Positions 21,658 through 32,746 of a DNA stretch of 64,000 bases are shown here, piece by piece. A model generated the notes under the pieces. That model ran no database searches and had not been told where the DNA came from. It saw nothing but the letters and a program-made list of their open reading frames with translations. A program made the translations under genes and the position numbers. The DNA comes from Tetramitus jugosus (lineage: Eukaryota; Protista; Heterolobosea): positions 124,001 through 188,000 of the forward strand of contig OW569389.1 in the NCBI GenBank assembly GCA_937625935.1. Reading direction: 5' to 3'. Positions within the stretch are counted from its first letter, which is position 1. Every line of letters starts with the position of its first letter.

Positions 21658-24351
21658 TTATTCAGATTTTTCAACCTTTCTCCGCTTGTTTCTATTCTTC
21701 TTCTTTTTGTCAGTTGTAGCACTGGATGCTGGGGGAGTAGCCTTGGCTTCCTTCTTCTGCTTGTTCAGCTTGGCCTCGAGCAATGCATCCTCAGGCTTTT
21801 CTTCCGACTGAGTCAGAGTGTCGAAATTCTCTGTTGTGGAAGTAATGAAAGTTTTCGAGATGACATCCTTGGTCTTTCTGTCTTGAATCTTCACCTTCAT
21901 CAACTTTGCCAAATCTCTCTTCAGAACAAACAAGTCCTTGTCATCTTCTGGCTCGATTTCATCATCAGAATCTTCCACGCCTGGGAAGAAATGATTATCC
22001 AAGTCAATACCCATCTCCTCAGCATTACGCTTGAACCAGTCTTTATCAGTTCTAGACCTCTTCTTTTTCCGTTGTTTTTCTTCAACCTTTGCTGCGATTC
22101 TTATCCTGTTTCTGAGCAATGGCACAGTTGTAAAGTAATGACCACCGGTTGGGAACTGATCGATATCTCCACCATTATGAGCTTTCTTGCACACGGCATG
22201 ATAAGCTTTCTTGTCTTCAGGTGAGATCAATGCAAGAGAGAATCCTTCCTTGTGAGCACGACCAGATCTACCACATCTATGAATATAAACATCAGGTTGA
22301 GTTGGCATATTGAAGTGGATCACATGCTTGACATCTGGGACATCGAGACCACGAGCAGCCACATCAGTGGCAATCAAAACTGCATCACCTCCCAAGCCGA
22401 TCGTTCCAGAAAATCGATCCAAATTCTTTAATCTTGCTCTCTGTTGCATTTCACCGTGCAAAATGTTCACTTTGGCCATTCCGAGCACACCATGGAAGAG
22501 TTGATGAATCATACGTGCCTTCTTGATGGTGTTGGTGAAGATTAGAGTACGTCCAGGATAAGTCAACAAAAAGTAGTACAGGTGAACAAGTTTGTCCTCT
22601 TCGTCTCCACATTGAACCTGAGCTTCAGTCAATGATTCTGCGAGAAGACTAGCACCTTCCTCCTGTTGCTTAAACACGTTCACAATCTCAAAATTCTCCA
22701 TATTCATCATCTCAATCAATTGATTCAGTGCAGACACGGACTTATCAGATTTTTCAGTGCTCGATTTCACAAAATGAGAATTCTCTTCAACCTCGAGAGT
22801 CAAGGTGGCAGAACTGATAAACTTTTGAATCTTATCTGATTCGATACCGGTTCTTGCTGCGTGAACAGTTCTTCTCTGGTCAATAAACTCCAAAATTCGC
22901 AAAAGTTCAGGGAAATGACCCTGAGCAAACATACGATCTGCTTCATCAATCACCAAATACTTCAATTGATGCATTTCGGTCAAATAATCAATACCACGTT
23001 GACAAAAGTCCCAGAATCTACCAGGTGTTGCCACAATAATGTGAGGTCTTGCATTCAACTGTCTATTCTGTTTTGCTTCTGACATTCCACCAAACACATT
23101 CACAATCTTCAAATCTTCAGTGTACTTGTCACCCTTTGGAGGCAATGCTTCTCTCAAATGCTTGGAAACTTGTTGAGCCAATTCTCTGGTAGGAACCAAG
23201 ATTAGTGCCTCTAGATAACTCTGCTTCTTTGTTGAAGCCTCTTCTCCTTGTTGTTGTTGAGCAGTCAAGTGTTGAGACAAAATGACTCTCTTCTTCAACA
23301 ATTGAGAAAGAATAGGGATACCAAAGGCCAAGGTCTTACCAGATCCCGTCTCAGCAGCAGCCACAATATCCTTGGCTTGTCTAATGGCCAAGTGTATCGA
23401 TTGTTTTTGAATCGGAGTCGGAGTATAAAACTTCATTTTTTGTAAGCTTTGGAGAATTCCGGCTTCGATACCCATGTCTAACCATTCGGTCATTGGCTTC
23501 AATGGCTCCTCACTTCCTTCATCCTTCTTTTGTTCACTTTGAACTTCAACCTTGTTCTCAACTTGTTCCGTTTCTGCTTCTTCGGTAGTTTCCTTCTTCT
23601 TTTCCTCACGTTTTCTCTTCTTTGATTGCTTTGATTGTGGTTCAATCGCAGCTGAGCTAGAAGAAGCAAGAGTTCCATCAATTGTGTCTTCTTCGTTTGT
23701 TGAAGCAACACTAGATGACTCTTCACTTAATGTTGTTGCTTCTACAGCTGTCTTCTTCTTCTTTTTCTTGTTCTTCTTCTTTTTTGATAAAGTTTGTTCC
23801 ATATTGACATCACCATCATCAGTAGCAGAAGTAGTATCGTTAGTAGTCGTGGTATTCTCTTCATGAACTGCACTTTCATCATCATCAAAATCAGAAGCCT
23901 TCTGTTGACTGATTAAGCTCTGAACCAATGCATCATAGTCATCACCGACTTGACCAAAGCTCAACTCTTCGAATCCACTCAATCCCTCACAATTCATCAC
24001 TTCGACATCGTTTAGCTCCACATGTTTCCACGAAGCTTCACTCTGTTTCTTGTTATTCTTCTTGTTGTTGTTCTTGTCATTTTTTTGATTTTTTTGTCGG
24101 AGCTTTTCAAATTGTTCGACTTTGCGAATCGATGCATAAAAATCAGTTTCGTTAATGTCTTCTAGATTGGTAAATTCGGGGATGGGTAGATTGTCTTCTT
24201 CTTCTTCGTGTGTTGTAGTAGTGGAGGTTGTGGTTGTTTCTTCGTGTTGATCGTCATCCATTGACATGGATGCGTCGGTCACATTGACAATTTCAGATTT
24301 TGAAACAGCTTGTTTCTTGTTTGTCGTTTTCTTGTTTTTCTTGTTGGCCAT
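21658..24351 (-). CDS. DDX24: DEAD-box RNA helicase DDX24/Mak5
   Basis: AAETGSGKTLAFGIP, PTRELA, DEADRM, SAT, ARGLD, YIHRCGRSGR, C-terminal WFKRNAEEMGID. Confidence 0.9.
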   Translation of the reverse strand: MANKKNKKTTNKKQAVSKSEIVNVTDASMSMDDDQHEETTTTSTTTTHEEEEDNLPIPEFTNLEDINETDFYASIRKVEQFEKLRQKNQKNDKNNNKKNNKKQSEASWKHVELNDVEVMNCEGLSGFEELSFGQVGDDYDALVQSLISQQKASDFDDDESAVHEENTTTTNDTTSATDDGDVNMEQTLSKKKKNKKKKKKTAVEATTLSEESSSVASTNEEDTIDGTLASSSSAAIEPQSKQSKKRKREEKKKETTEEAETEQVENKVEVQSEQKKDEGSEEPLKPMTEWLDMGIEAGILQSLQKMKFYTPTPIQKQSIHLAIRQAKDIVAAAETGSGKTLAFGIPILSQLLKKRVILSQHLTAQQQQGEEASTKKQSYLEALILVPTRELAQQVSKHLREALPPKGDKYTEDLKIVNVFGGMSEAKQNRQLNARPHIIVATPGRFWDFCQRGIDYLTEMHQLKYLVIDEADRMFAQGHFPELLRILEFIDQRRTVHAARTGIESDKIQKFISSATLTLEVEENSHFVKSSTEKSDKSVSALNQLIEMMNMENFEIVNVFKQQEEGASLLAESLTEAQVQCGDEEDKLVHLYYFLLTYPGRTLIFTNTIKKARMIHQLFHGVLGMAKVNILHGEMQQRARLKNLDRFSGTIGLGGDAVLIATDVAARGLDVPDVKHVIHFNMPTQPDVYIHRCGRSGRAHKEGFSLALISPEDKKAYHAVCKKAHNGGDIDQFPTGGHYFTTVPLLRNRIRIAAKVEEKQRKKKRSRTDKDWFKRNAEEMGIDLDNHFFPGVEDSDDEIEPEDDKDLFVLKRDLAKLMKVKIQDRKTKDVISKTFITSTTENFDTLTQSEEKPEDALLEAKLNKQKKEAKATPPASSATTDKKKKNRNKRRKVEKSE

Positions 24352-24819
24352 TTTTTGATGGTATTGTTGTTGTTGTTTGATGCTTGTTGTTGTGATTGCA
24401 ATTTCTTCAATCTTGTTTGGGTTGTTGAAGGTGGGGAAATGTTCTTCATTGTTTTCAATGAAAGTTCAACTAGTGTGAAGGGTTACTCCGCTGTCAATAC
24501 AATTTGTGAGCCGGCTCCGAGCTGCCAAAAGTGAACAACGTTGGTACAAATACAGTCTGTGTCTATTGCCGTATGGAAAAACAAAACCTGTTTCACCAAT
24601 CATCAGAAACCAACCAACACAACAATTCCAACACCACCCTTGTTAACACCAACACATTGTCACACGAATTCCCTTCTAAATCCAACCACAACTTGGACAC
24701 ACCTGTCACAAAACCACAAAAAACACGAACGGACAGCAGAAACGAACAAAACTTTTTTTCCACACTTCAACAATCTTTCAGAACAACAGAAAACAAACAA
24801 CAATTTGAAATCATCAACA

Positions 24820-27060
24820 ATGTCTTCATCTTCACTACTGACATCCACCTCGCTCACATCCTCCTCTCACTCCCTCAAATCCATGCCCCGCCACATCTCT
24901 GCTTCCACCCTCAAATCGGAGAATAACTTAAACGGCATATTGACCATTCATCCAGATTTAATCGTAAAGCGCGGAGAAATGAAACAGAAGCCCTCCATAC
25001 TCAAAAAATGGCGCTCTCATTACTACCTTTTCGACGGTCACATTTTGTATCGCGTAAGACCATGCAACGAACACGGTGAGCCACTCACGGAGAATAACAA
25101 CAACACCCATAACAACGACAACAGTAATAACTCCGCTGTAAGCAAACCTCGTTCAAGCTTTTTCTTCTCCAATAGCAACCATAATAGCAATAATACTACA
25201 ACAACAACAACAACAGCATCATCATCATCACAAACAACCAGCAATACAACAACACCAACCAGCACTACTTCACCAACCAGTACTGAACATGACAACAACA
25301 ATGAAACTAACAATCAATCTCCACTCATGATACCACGACTCAAAGAACTGAGTCGACGAGACAGTGATACCAGCAGTGGAGGCAGTTCACTCAGTGCACG
25401 TTCCGCTGAAGAACATTTTCTCATTCGTGAAAAATATGTCATTATCCCTGATGACAACAACAACAATAGCTCTTTCCGTTCATCTTCATCATTCACCACC
25501 AAAAATCAACATCAAGATGATCATCATCATCATCATGAAAAAGTTCAACCAACCGTTAGTAAAGTAGTCGATGCAAAGCTATTGGTAGGCAAGGACAACA
25601 CCATTGGCTTCTTTTTCGATTCTTCTCACTCTGCTCCACTATTTCTCATGACGGACCATGAACAGGATCACAAGGAGTGGCTCCAAGTGTTGCAGAGAGC
25701 CGTTCAGAAATCACAGAAAAAAAAACAAGAGTTGGGCAATGATGGCTATGCAATCAATTCTGTTCATTTGGCAGTGGAATCCATGGTGGATATGGCAATT
25801 GTTTCTGATGCGTTTGGTGAGATTCAATGCGTCAATAAGGCACTTGTTCAGTACTTTGGTTTTATTCGATCCGAGTTGATGTATCGACCGATTGATATGC
25901 TCATGACATCGGATGTCGCAAGAAAACACTCATCGTACATGAGTAAATATCGAAAAACGGGTGATCAACGGTTGATTGGTGTTCCGAGAGTTGTTACCGT
26001 TCGATTGCGTGATCAATCTACTGCCAAGTGTGTCTTATCGTTGGGTGAAATACCGGATTCGACCAATTCGGACAAGGATCGATTCATTGCCGTCATGAAA
26101 CCTGTGGTGGAGAAGCCGAACAAGAATATTAGCGAGACAAATGATCAGGAACATCGAATGACAGAGCACAGACACAAGATTTTGCAACCAATGGATGATA
26201 TGATTGTGAGTCTCAGTACAGGGTTGAGAGAAGAGATGGAAGGAACGACGAAGCGACTACAGAATCATATCATGAGTGGGTTTGCAGCCATTGATGAACA
26301 AGTGCAAAAATTGAATGGAACCATGAGTCATTTGGAGAAGAGAAGTGAACGGTTGATTGGTATCATTTCTCATCAGAATTTGGCTACAGAGTACATGCAA
26401 GATGTGATCAATGCAGAGTATTCGGCAGTGTCATCGTCAAGCAATGGCAACAATGGTGCAAGTGAAAACAAGCAACGCATTCAAAATTTGTTGACTGCGA
26501 TTGAATCACGAAATATTTCATTGAGTGAAAAACAGCTGAGAATGAAGCAGATTATTGATGGAACGAGCACAGAGTTTGATGATATCATAAGTGTGGAGAT
26601 TGCGTTGCGGTGGTTCATGTTGTTTGCATCCACGGAACAATCCACTGACAACTTCAAGTTTTTCCTCTATGTGAACAAGCACTATCGAACAGAAACTGAT
26701 TTGGACAAACTGTGTATGAAGAGAGACTTTATCATGGAAACGTTTCTGAGAACGGATTCATTGCATGAACTCAATCTATCATCAAGGGTTCGAACAGTGA
26801 TTGAAGAGCAGTACAAGCACATGCAGTTGATTGATGCATCGACCTCGGAGAGTGAAGACACTGGTGATGAGTCTGGCGGTGGAGTTGATCCAAAGATTCA
26901 AAGAGAACAAGCCTTCTTCAACAGTGTCATATCCAGTGTGAAGGCTGTCATGTTTGACACCTTTGCACGATTCCGATCTCACAACATGTTTCTTGTGATG
27001 AGAGAAGAGTTGAGCAGGGCATTGGCTAACGAGTGTCACATCTCTGACCTGAAGATGTAG
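24820..27060 (+). CDS. PH (split by low-complexity insert) - PAS - coiled coil - RGS protein
   Basis: KRGEMKQKPSILKKWRSHYY...HKEWLQVLQ (PH); AIVSDAFGEIQCVN...KHSSYMSKYRKTGDQRLIGVPR (PAS); FMLFASTEQSTDNFKFF...ELNLSS...DTFARF (RGS). Confidence 0.85.
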   Translation: MSSSSLLTSTSLTSSSHSLKSMPRHISASTLKSENNLNGILTIHPDLIVKRGEMKQKPSILKKWRSHYYLFDGHILYRVRPCNEHGEPLTENNNNTHNNDNSNNSAVSKPRSSFFFSNSNHNSNNTTTTTTTASSSSQTTSNTTTPTSTTSPTSTEHDNNNETNNQSPLMIPRLKELSRRDSDTSSGGSSLSARSAEEHFLIREKYVIIPDDNNNNSSFRSSSSFTTKNQHQDDHHHHHEKVQPTVSKVVDAKLLVGKDNTIGFFFDSSHSAPLFLMTDHEQDHKEWLQVLQRAVQKSQKKKQELGNDGYAINSVHLAVESMVDMAIVSDAFGEIQCVNKALVQYFGFIRSELMYRPIDMLMTSDVARKHSSYMSKYRKTGDQRLIGVPRVVTVRLRDQSTAKCVLSLGEIPDSTNSDKDRFIAVMKPVVEKPNKNISETNDQEHRMTEHRHKILQPMDDMIVSLSTGLREEMEGTTKRLQNHIMSGFAAIDEQVQKLNGTMSHLEKRSERLIGIISHQNLATEYMQDVINAEYSAVSSSSNGNNGASENKQRIQNLLTAIESRNISLSEKQLRMKQIIDGTSTEFDDIISVEIALRWFMLFASTEQSTDNFKFFLYVNKHYRTETDLDKLCMKRDFIMETFLRTDSLHELNLSSRVRTVIEEQYKHMQLIDASTSESEDTGDESGGGVDPKIQREQAFFNSVISSVKAVMFDTFARFRSHNMFLVMREELSRALANECHISDLKM

Positions 27061-27403
27061 TGTCCTCTTGGTTTTATTTACACAGATCGATATCAATAAA
27101 ACAACAACTGTAAGTTTGCTGTATCTTGATTCGATTCTCACAGGTTCTTGCAAATGTCAATCAAAGAGTTTGTTTTCCTTGGTGGAGTCAAACCAAAATC
27201 GATTGTAAAATCGCTAATGAGTCGAAGGTGCTGCCTTACATGACCCTTATTCTTCACTCCCTTAATTTTGCAAGAGCTCTTGGTTGCTGGAACACTATGA
27301 CACCTTGTACATTGTGACAAACGGCATCTACTCCTATCTCTGGTCTTGTTCGTGCGTGTCCCTCCGATTTTCCCCTCTCTTCTCATGTTCGCTTTTTTGT
27401 TTC

Positions 27404-28735
27404 TTAGTTTTGATTCACATCATTCACTCCATATCTACTAATGATGGTTCTTGCTAGCTCTAAACCACTCTTTTTCAATGTCGCGTGTAAGAGAGTATTG
27501 CCATAATGGTCGAGATGATTTCGAACATTCTCTGACCCAATTTTGGCCAATGCTATTGTAGAAAGTTGTTCATAGTCCAAGAGCTCAAACAGTTGGGCAT
27601 GGAATTGCTTGTCATTGGAAAGATCACCTGCTTCCTCTAACACTTTAAGGAGCACACAAGGTCTAGTTGACAGCTTGAGATAATGGTGAGGAGTAATGGT
27701 TTGTTCTTTCAAAGAGCAACCATGATCACAGAAGAGTTGGTACAAGAGTGGAGCATCTTCTACAGTTGAAAGTAAATTGGGAACCTCCTTAAAGTCAAAT
27801 CCGAAATTTGGTATCTTCTCAATTGCAGGATAGGCCTTGTCTCCAACAACGGTCAAGATACTCGGCGACATGACATGAAGAAACACTTCCTCTGTAAACT
27901 TAGGAAGGAAAAAGGATGTAAAATCCTCGAGCGTACAGGTGTACCCCTTTAAGAGTAGGTGCCAATCCTTTGCTTGGAACCATGAGAAGAACTCTTTAGG
28001 GTATTTGTGATACAACTCCTCCAAGTTCCTCTTTCTTGACGTCCAATGGCCATAGTGCAACACCATATGCAAGTAACTTCTCTTCTTATCCCCTGTAATG
28101 GATCTTGGTGATAATGCACATCGAGTCAAGTCATCAAATGCCAGTGCCTTCCTTGGTTGACGGAGACAGGGGAAAACTTTCAACTCGAAATCCTCATTTA
28201 TCCTTATTGGATGGTAGTAGAATTGACTATAAATTCTTGCATTAGTTATTGTCTCGTACCTCCTGATAATCACCCGAGTGCATTTTGTTAATCAAGTCCT
28301 TCTTTCTTCTCGTTAAGAATCGAACTTCCTCCCAACATCTCGTGACCACTCTATCGCTAACAGTTGAATTGTAAATATTCAACTGTTTCAGTTTGGGTAG
28401 AAGGACATCGATTATTGTGTGTAGGAGCACTAACCTCTCACCTTCTTGTGGTAGAGTCAACCTTTCAGCACCAGAACTCTCAAAGTAACCTCTGGGATTA
28501 CTAACAAACCGATATGGACGATCAAAAACCGGCACTTCCATAAACATATTGAGGATTTCAAGTTGTGGACCTTCATTATTAAGTTGAGGAATGGTTGTCA
28601 ACTCTGATAGCAAATCTGTGTTGGAGTTTGGAATGACAGAGCGCGATGGTGGGGCACGATAGCAATGGTTCTTAGCTTTTTGCTTGTGAGAGCTACACTG
28701 CCCATCTTGAGGGTGGGGAGCTGTTCTTTGGTCAT
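27404..28735 (-). pseudogene. Frameshifted gene with ankyrin-like C-terminal segment
   Basis: Consecutive out-of-frame ORFs 28242-28613 and 27404-28273 without evident splice sites; DHYGNTLLHA...YGVNDVNQ is ankyrin-like. Confidence 0.45.
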
Positions 28736-28832
28736 TTTACTTGTAAAGCGTTTTTTCTGATCAACCGGAAAAATGGTTCATGAATTTTCTCGCCTATTTT
28801 GTCCATGAAAAAAGTGGAGTAAACTACAAACA

Positions 28833-30149
28833 ATGTCAAGAAATGTTTATTTTGCTGGTAAGAACCACTTTGGCTTCATACCAGATGATTTGAGCATCAT
28901 GTCCAGACCCGATATCAAGTTGAAGAATGGTTGTCCCCTCACCGTACCAGAGTACTTTGATATTTATGAACGGTATTTGAAGAAACCACTGAGAGGTCAA
29001 TCGATCAAACAAATGGAGTGTACTGCCACCGCATGTTACCTATTGACAACAGAAATGTCTCAAGTATTCTTTATAGGTCACAGAATTCGAAGGGATCTAG
29101 AATTGTCTGATGTCGTGTTGTTAACGAATACAGGTACGACCACTCCAGAGTTGATCAGCGGTGAAAGCAGCAGTGGTGATAACTCCGGAGAGACCAATGT
29201 TACTCGCTTGGCTGCTTTGGATGATTGTTGTATCAGTCTGATTGGAACAGGAACACGAAGTACTTTCTATTATTCACACATGTTGAATCGATTGTGGTTC
29301 ACAGGTGAGAATCTGATTGACAACTCTACAGGAGTTATTCCCAAACTGATTCAAGTGGAGCTGCCGATTGAATTGCACAACAAAAACATTGTGAAAATGA
29401 ACGGTACCAGTCACTCGATGCTCTTCTTGACTGCTGATGGTCTTTTGTTTGCTCTGGGGCAGTTCAGCCCTTCAAAGACAATGTCAAGAGTTGTGATACC
29501 AGGCATTATGGATGACAATAATTCTGCAGTGTTTGTCACAGATGTGCAATCAGGTTGGCACCACACATTGGTGTTGTTGAGTAATGGCGATTGTTATGGT
29601 ATTGGCTCATCACCCTATGGTCAATTGACATCAAAAGGAGACAAAGTCACATTCACATTATGCAACGTTCCTGGAAAGATAACATGGGCGCTAGCATGTA
29701 CGTATAGTTCATTCTTTGGAACTGAAGACGGATCAGTTTTTGCATGTGGGTACAATCACAATTATCGACTGGCGGTAAACTGTAGTCTGATCAGTGTCGC
29801 CCCTCCCCGATCTCTGAGTTTCCCGAAAGGACAAGTGAAGCATGTGTTTAGCTCTAACAACACAATAATTGTGGATCAGCAGAACGTGGTGTACATAACT
29901 GGATCAGATCGAAGAGGAGATGGCGAACAGAGCTCCCTAGCTAGGAATATTTCAATCTTAACAAAACCAATTCATATGGTCCAACAAATTTCAAGTGGCG
30001 ATTTTCGTATTGGCTTTGCTTCGAGTGTGAGTTTCAGCTTTCTTCACCTGAAACCAGATCCAATGAATACTGATTTTGCAAAGAAGTTGTTGTTTGCTCA
30101 GACGAAACAACAGTTGCTGGATGTTGATATTATTACACAGGAAGATTAG
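28833..30149 (+). CDS. RCC1/BLIP-II beta-propeller protein (paralog A)
   Basis: VQSGWHHTLVLLSNGDCYGIGSSPYGQL and VFACGYNHNYRL are RCC1-type repeats. Confidence 0.85.
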   Translation: MSRNVYFAGKNHFGFIPDDLSIMSRPDIKLKNGCPLTVPEYFDIYERYLKKPLRGQSIKQMECTATACYLLTTEMSQVFFIGHRIRRDLELSDVVLLTNTGTTTPELISGESSSGDNSGETNVTRLAALDDCCISLIGTGTRSTFYYSHMLNRLWFTGENLIDNSTGVIPKLIQVELPIELHNKNIVKMNGTSHSMLFLTADGLLFALGQFSPSKTMSRVVIPGIMDDNNSAVFVTDVQSGWHHTLVLLSNGDCYGIGSSPYGQLTSKGDKVTFTLCNVPGKITWALACTYSSFFGTEDGSVFACGYNHNYRLAVNCSLISVAPPRSLSFPKGQVKHVFSSNNTIIVDQQNVVYITGSDRRGDGEQSSLARNISILTKPIHMVQQISSGDFRIGFASSVSFSFLHLKPDPMNTDFAKKLLFAQTKQQLLDVDIITQED

Positions 30150-30541
30150 TCTGAATTCTCAGATTGACTTTACGACCACACTTCACCAGCAGTTGATTAT
30201 CTTGTATGCCGATTCGATCTGAAACTGGTCAACCTCGGTAATGATGATACAACGCTGAATCCAGTAGAGAGATACGTATGTACATATTTCCTGTTTGGTG
30301 AGTTATCATTCTTCGACATTCAATGCCCCTTGAAATATTTGACGGAGTTCCTAACGATTCAACAACAAGAGATACAAATGATTAGAGTCTTGGATATATA
30401 AAAAGAATATGAAATCAAACTCATTAAAATGTCGTGAAAAACAGGATTTACTACGATAATATTGATCTAAAACTATTTAGTCATGGGAGTTGACAGATAT
30501 TTACAACAGGCTCGTAAGAGAAAAGTCTCTCGCGCACGAGA

Positions 30542-31027
30542 TTAAAACACTGGGCATTGAGTACCAACTGGTCTTAAGTTTCCACCTTGACCTGGAGCTC
30601 CTGGGCAGCATTGGAATTGTTGAGATGAATAACAAGCACCATTGCAAGACAATGGGGCATTAACAGGACAGAGTTGACGAGCTGGAGCTCCAGAGGATGG
30701 CTGATTGTTGACAGCGCAGGTTTGAATGTTTGGATCGTAGCAAGCCTTGTTGCAGCATCGGAGACCTACTGGACACAAGCATGCATCACCAACTGACAAA
30801 TCAGTGATGCAATTGTATTGATTGCTGCTGTAGCATTGCTCTTGAATTGGAGTAGGAACACCATTCACTGGAGGAGGAGTCCATCTACAACACAATGGAG
30901 TGTTTGGCTGAGCAGCACAGAGTGCAACTTTCTGTTGACAAGTACCTACTCCAGTTCCTTGTACTCTCAAGGCATTCAAGATGACACAAATGAAAAAGCA
31001 GCTGGCAATGATGCTAAAGACCTTCAT
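30542..31027 (-). CDS. Small secreted Cys-rich repeat protein (CBM52/galaxin-like repeats)
   Basis: Signal peptide; repeats CYSSNQYNC, CNKACYDPNIQTC, CNGACYSSQQFQCC. Confidence 0.75.
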   Translation of the reverse strand: MKVFSIIASCFFICVILNALRVQGTGVGTCQQKVALCAAQPNTPLCCRWTPPPVNGVPTPIQEQCYSSNQYNCITDLSVGDACLCPVGLRCCNKACYDPNIQTCAVNNQPSSGAPARQLCPVNAPLSCNGACYSSQQFQCCPGAPGQGGNLRPVGTQCPVF

Positions 31028-31438
31028 TTCAATCGTATTAGAGAATAGTGATTAGTTTGTTTGTTTTGGTTGTATTGTTTTGAATGAGAGCCAAAAGCAA
31101 CAATTTCAGGCCCTTTTATCTTTCAAATCTGAATTGAATTAGATTATCGTTCACTAAACAGTCGATATTTTTCATTTCATCAGGTTGTATTCGAATTCTG
31201 TGATAAAAAACAGAAACCCCGAGAACTACGGCTCACTATTTTTGGAGCAACCGTGTAACCTCTGCAGAAATTTACAGCAGGGTACCTGTAGATCAACAGT
31301 TCTTCGAGCCAACTTGATAGTACCTATGTTTGTGGTTTCTGGCTTGATTCTAGATGGAGGAATGGAAAGTTCGTTCGACTGACGAACTCAAGTCTCATTT
31401 CTTCAAGTCCGCAAGCAAGAAACAAAATCAACAAGTCA

Positions 31439-32746
31439 ATGTCGCGGTGTGTTTACTTTGCTGGAAGTCACCAACTAGGGTTTCAGCCAGAGGATACTGC
31501 TGAAAAGCCCTCGCCCGTCCAACCCTTTGGAGAGTACTTTGAAATTTATGAACGGTATTTGAAGAAACCACTGAGGGATCAATCGATCAAACAAATGGAG
31601 TGTACTGCCCATGCATGCTATCTCTTGACAACAGAAATGTCTCAGGTGTTCTTGATAGGTCACAAAACTCGAATAGATCACGGATTGAAGAATGTCATGT
31701 CGCCAATCTCTTCTGAGTCGAACACCTGTGAAAGCAGGAGTAGCGATGATCGAGATGGTGCTGGAGGGAGTAACATTACACACTTGGTTGCTTTGGATAA
31801 TTGCTGTATCAATTTGATTGGAACAGGAATACGAAGCACTTTCTATTATTCACACATGTTGAATCGATTATGGTTCACAGGTGGGGATCTGGTTAACAAC
31901 TCTACAGGAAGTGGTCCCATGATCACTCAAGTAGAGCTGCCGATTGAGTTACACAGCAAGGAAATTGTAAAAATGAATGGTACTCATCAATCAATGCTCT
32001 TCTTGACTTCTGATGGTCTCTTGTTTGCTCTGGGGCAGTTCAGCCCCTCAAAGACACTGTCAAGAGTTGTGATACCAGGCATTATGGATGACAATAATTC
32101 TGCAGTGCTTGTCACAGATGTGCAATTAGGTTGGGCCCATGCATTGGTGCTGTTGAGTAATGGTGAATGTTATGGTATTGGCTCATCACCCTATGGTCAA
32201 TTGACATCAAAAGGAGACAAAGACACATTCACATTATGCAACGTTCCTGGAAAGATAACATGGATACGAGCTTGCTTTCATCACTCGTTCTTTGGAACTG
32301 ATGACGGATCTGTTTATACTTGTGGACACAATGATAATTATCGGCTGGCATTAAACTGTAGCCGAACTTGCATCCCCTATGCCCGGCCTCTTAATTTCCC
32401 GAAAGGACAAGTGAAGCATGTGTTTGGCTCTAACGACACAATAATTGTGGATCAGCAGAACGTGGTGTACGTAACTGGATCCAGTCATGGAGGTTGTTGG
32501 CAGCACAAAATACCTTCCTCCATGGCCCGAAAACTGGCAATACTAACGAGGCCGATCGATATGATCCAAAATATTTCAAGTGGCGATTTTCGTATTGGCT
32601 TTGCTTCGAGTGTGAGTTTCAGTTTTCTCCACCTGAAACCAGCTCGTCCTAGGAATGCTGATTTCTCAAAGAAGCTATTGTTTGCTCAAAGGAAACAACA
32701 ATTTCTGGATATAGATATTATTACACAGGATGATGAGTCCTTGTGA
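31439..32746 (+). CDS. RCC1/BLIP-II beta-propeller protein (paralog B of 28833-30149)
   Basis: Long nucleotide tracts identical to paralog A; same repeats and same C-terminal motif. Confidence 0.85.
   Translation: MSRCVYFAGSHQLGFQPEDTAEKPSPVQPFGEYFEIYERYLKKPLRDQSIKQMECTAHACYLLTTEMSQVFLIGHKTRIDHGLKNVMSPISSESNTCESRSSDDRDGAGGSNITHLVALDNCCINLIGTGIRSTFYYSHMLNRLWFTGGDLVNNSTGSGPMITQVELPIELHSKEIVKMNGTHQSMLFLTSDGLLFALGQFSPSKTLSRVVIPGIMDDNNSAVLVTDVQLGWAHALVLLSNGECYGIGSSPYGQLTSKGDKDTFTLCNVPGKITWIRACFHHSFFGTDDGSVYTCGHNDNYRLALNCSRTCIPYARPLNFPKGQVKHVFGSNDTIIVDQQNVVYVTGSSHGGCWQHKIPSSMARKLAILTRPIDMIQNISSGDFRIGFASSVSFSFLHLKPARPRNADFSKKLLFAQRKQQFLDIDIITQDDESL

Noticed and set aside
25080-25540. AAC/ACA/TCA trinucleotide runs here and at 45330-45360, 45700-45730 and 59500-59550
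   Set aside because: Ordinary poly-Asn/Thr/Ser/His coding low complexity; not CRISPR or satellite arrays.
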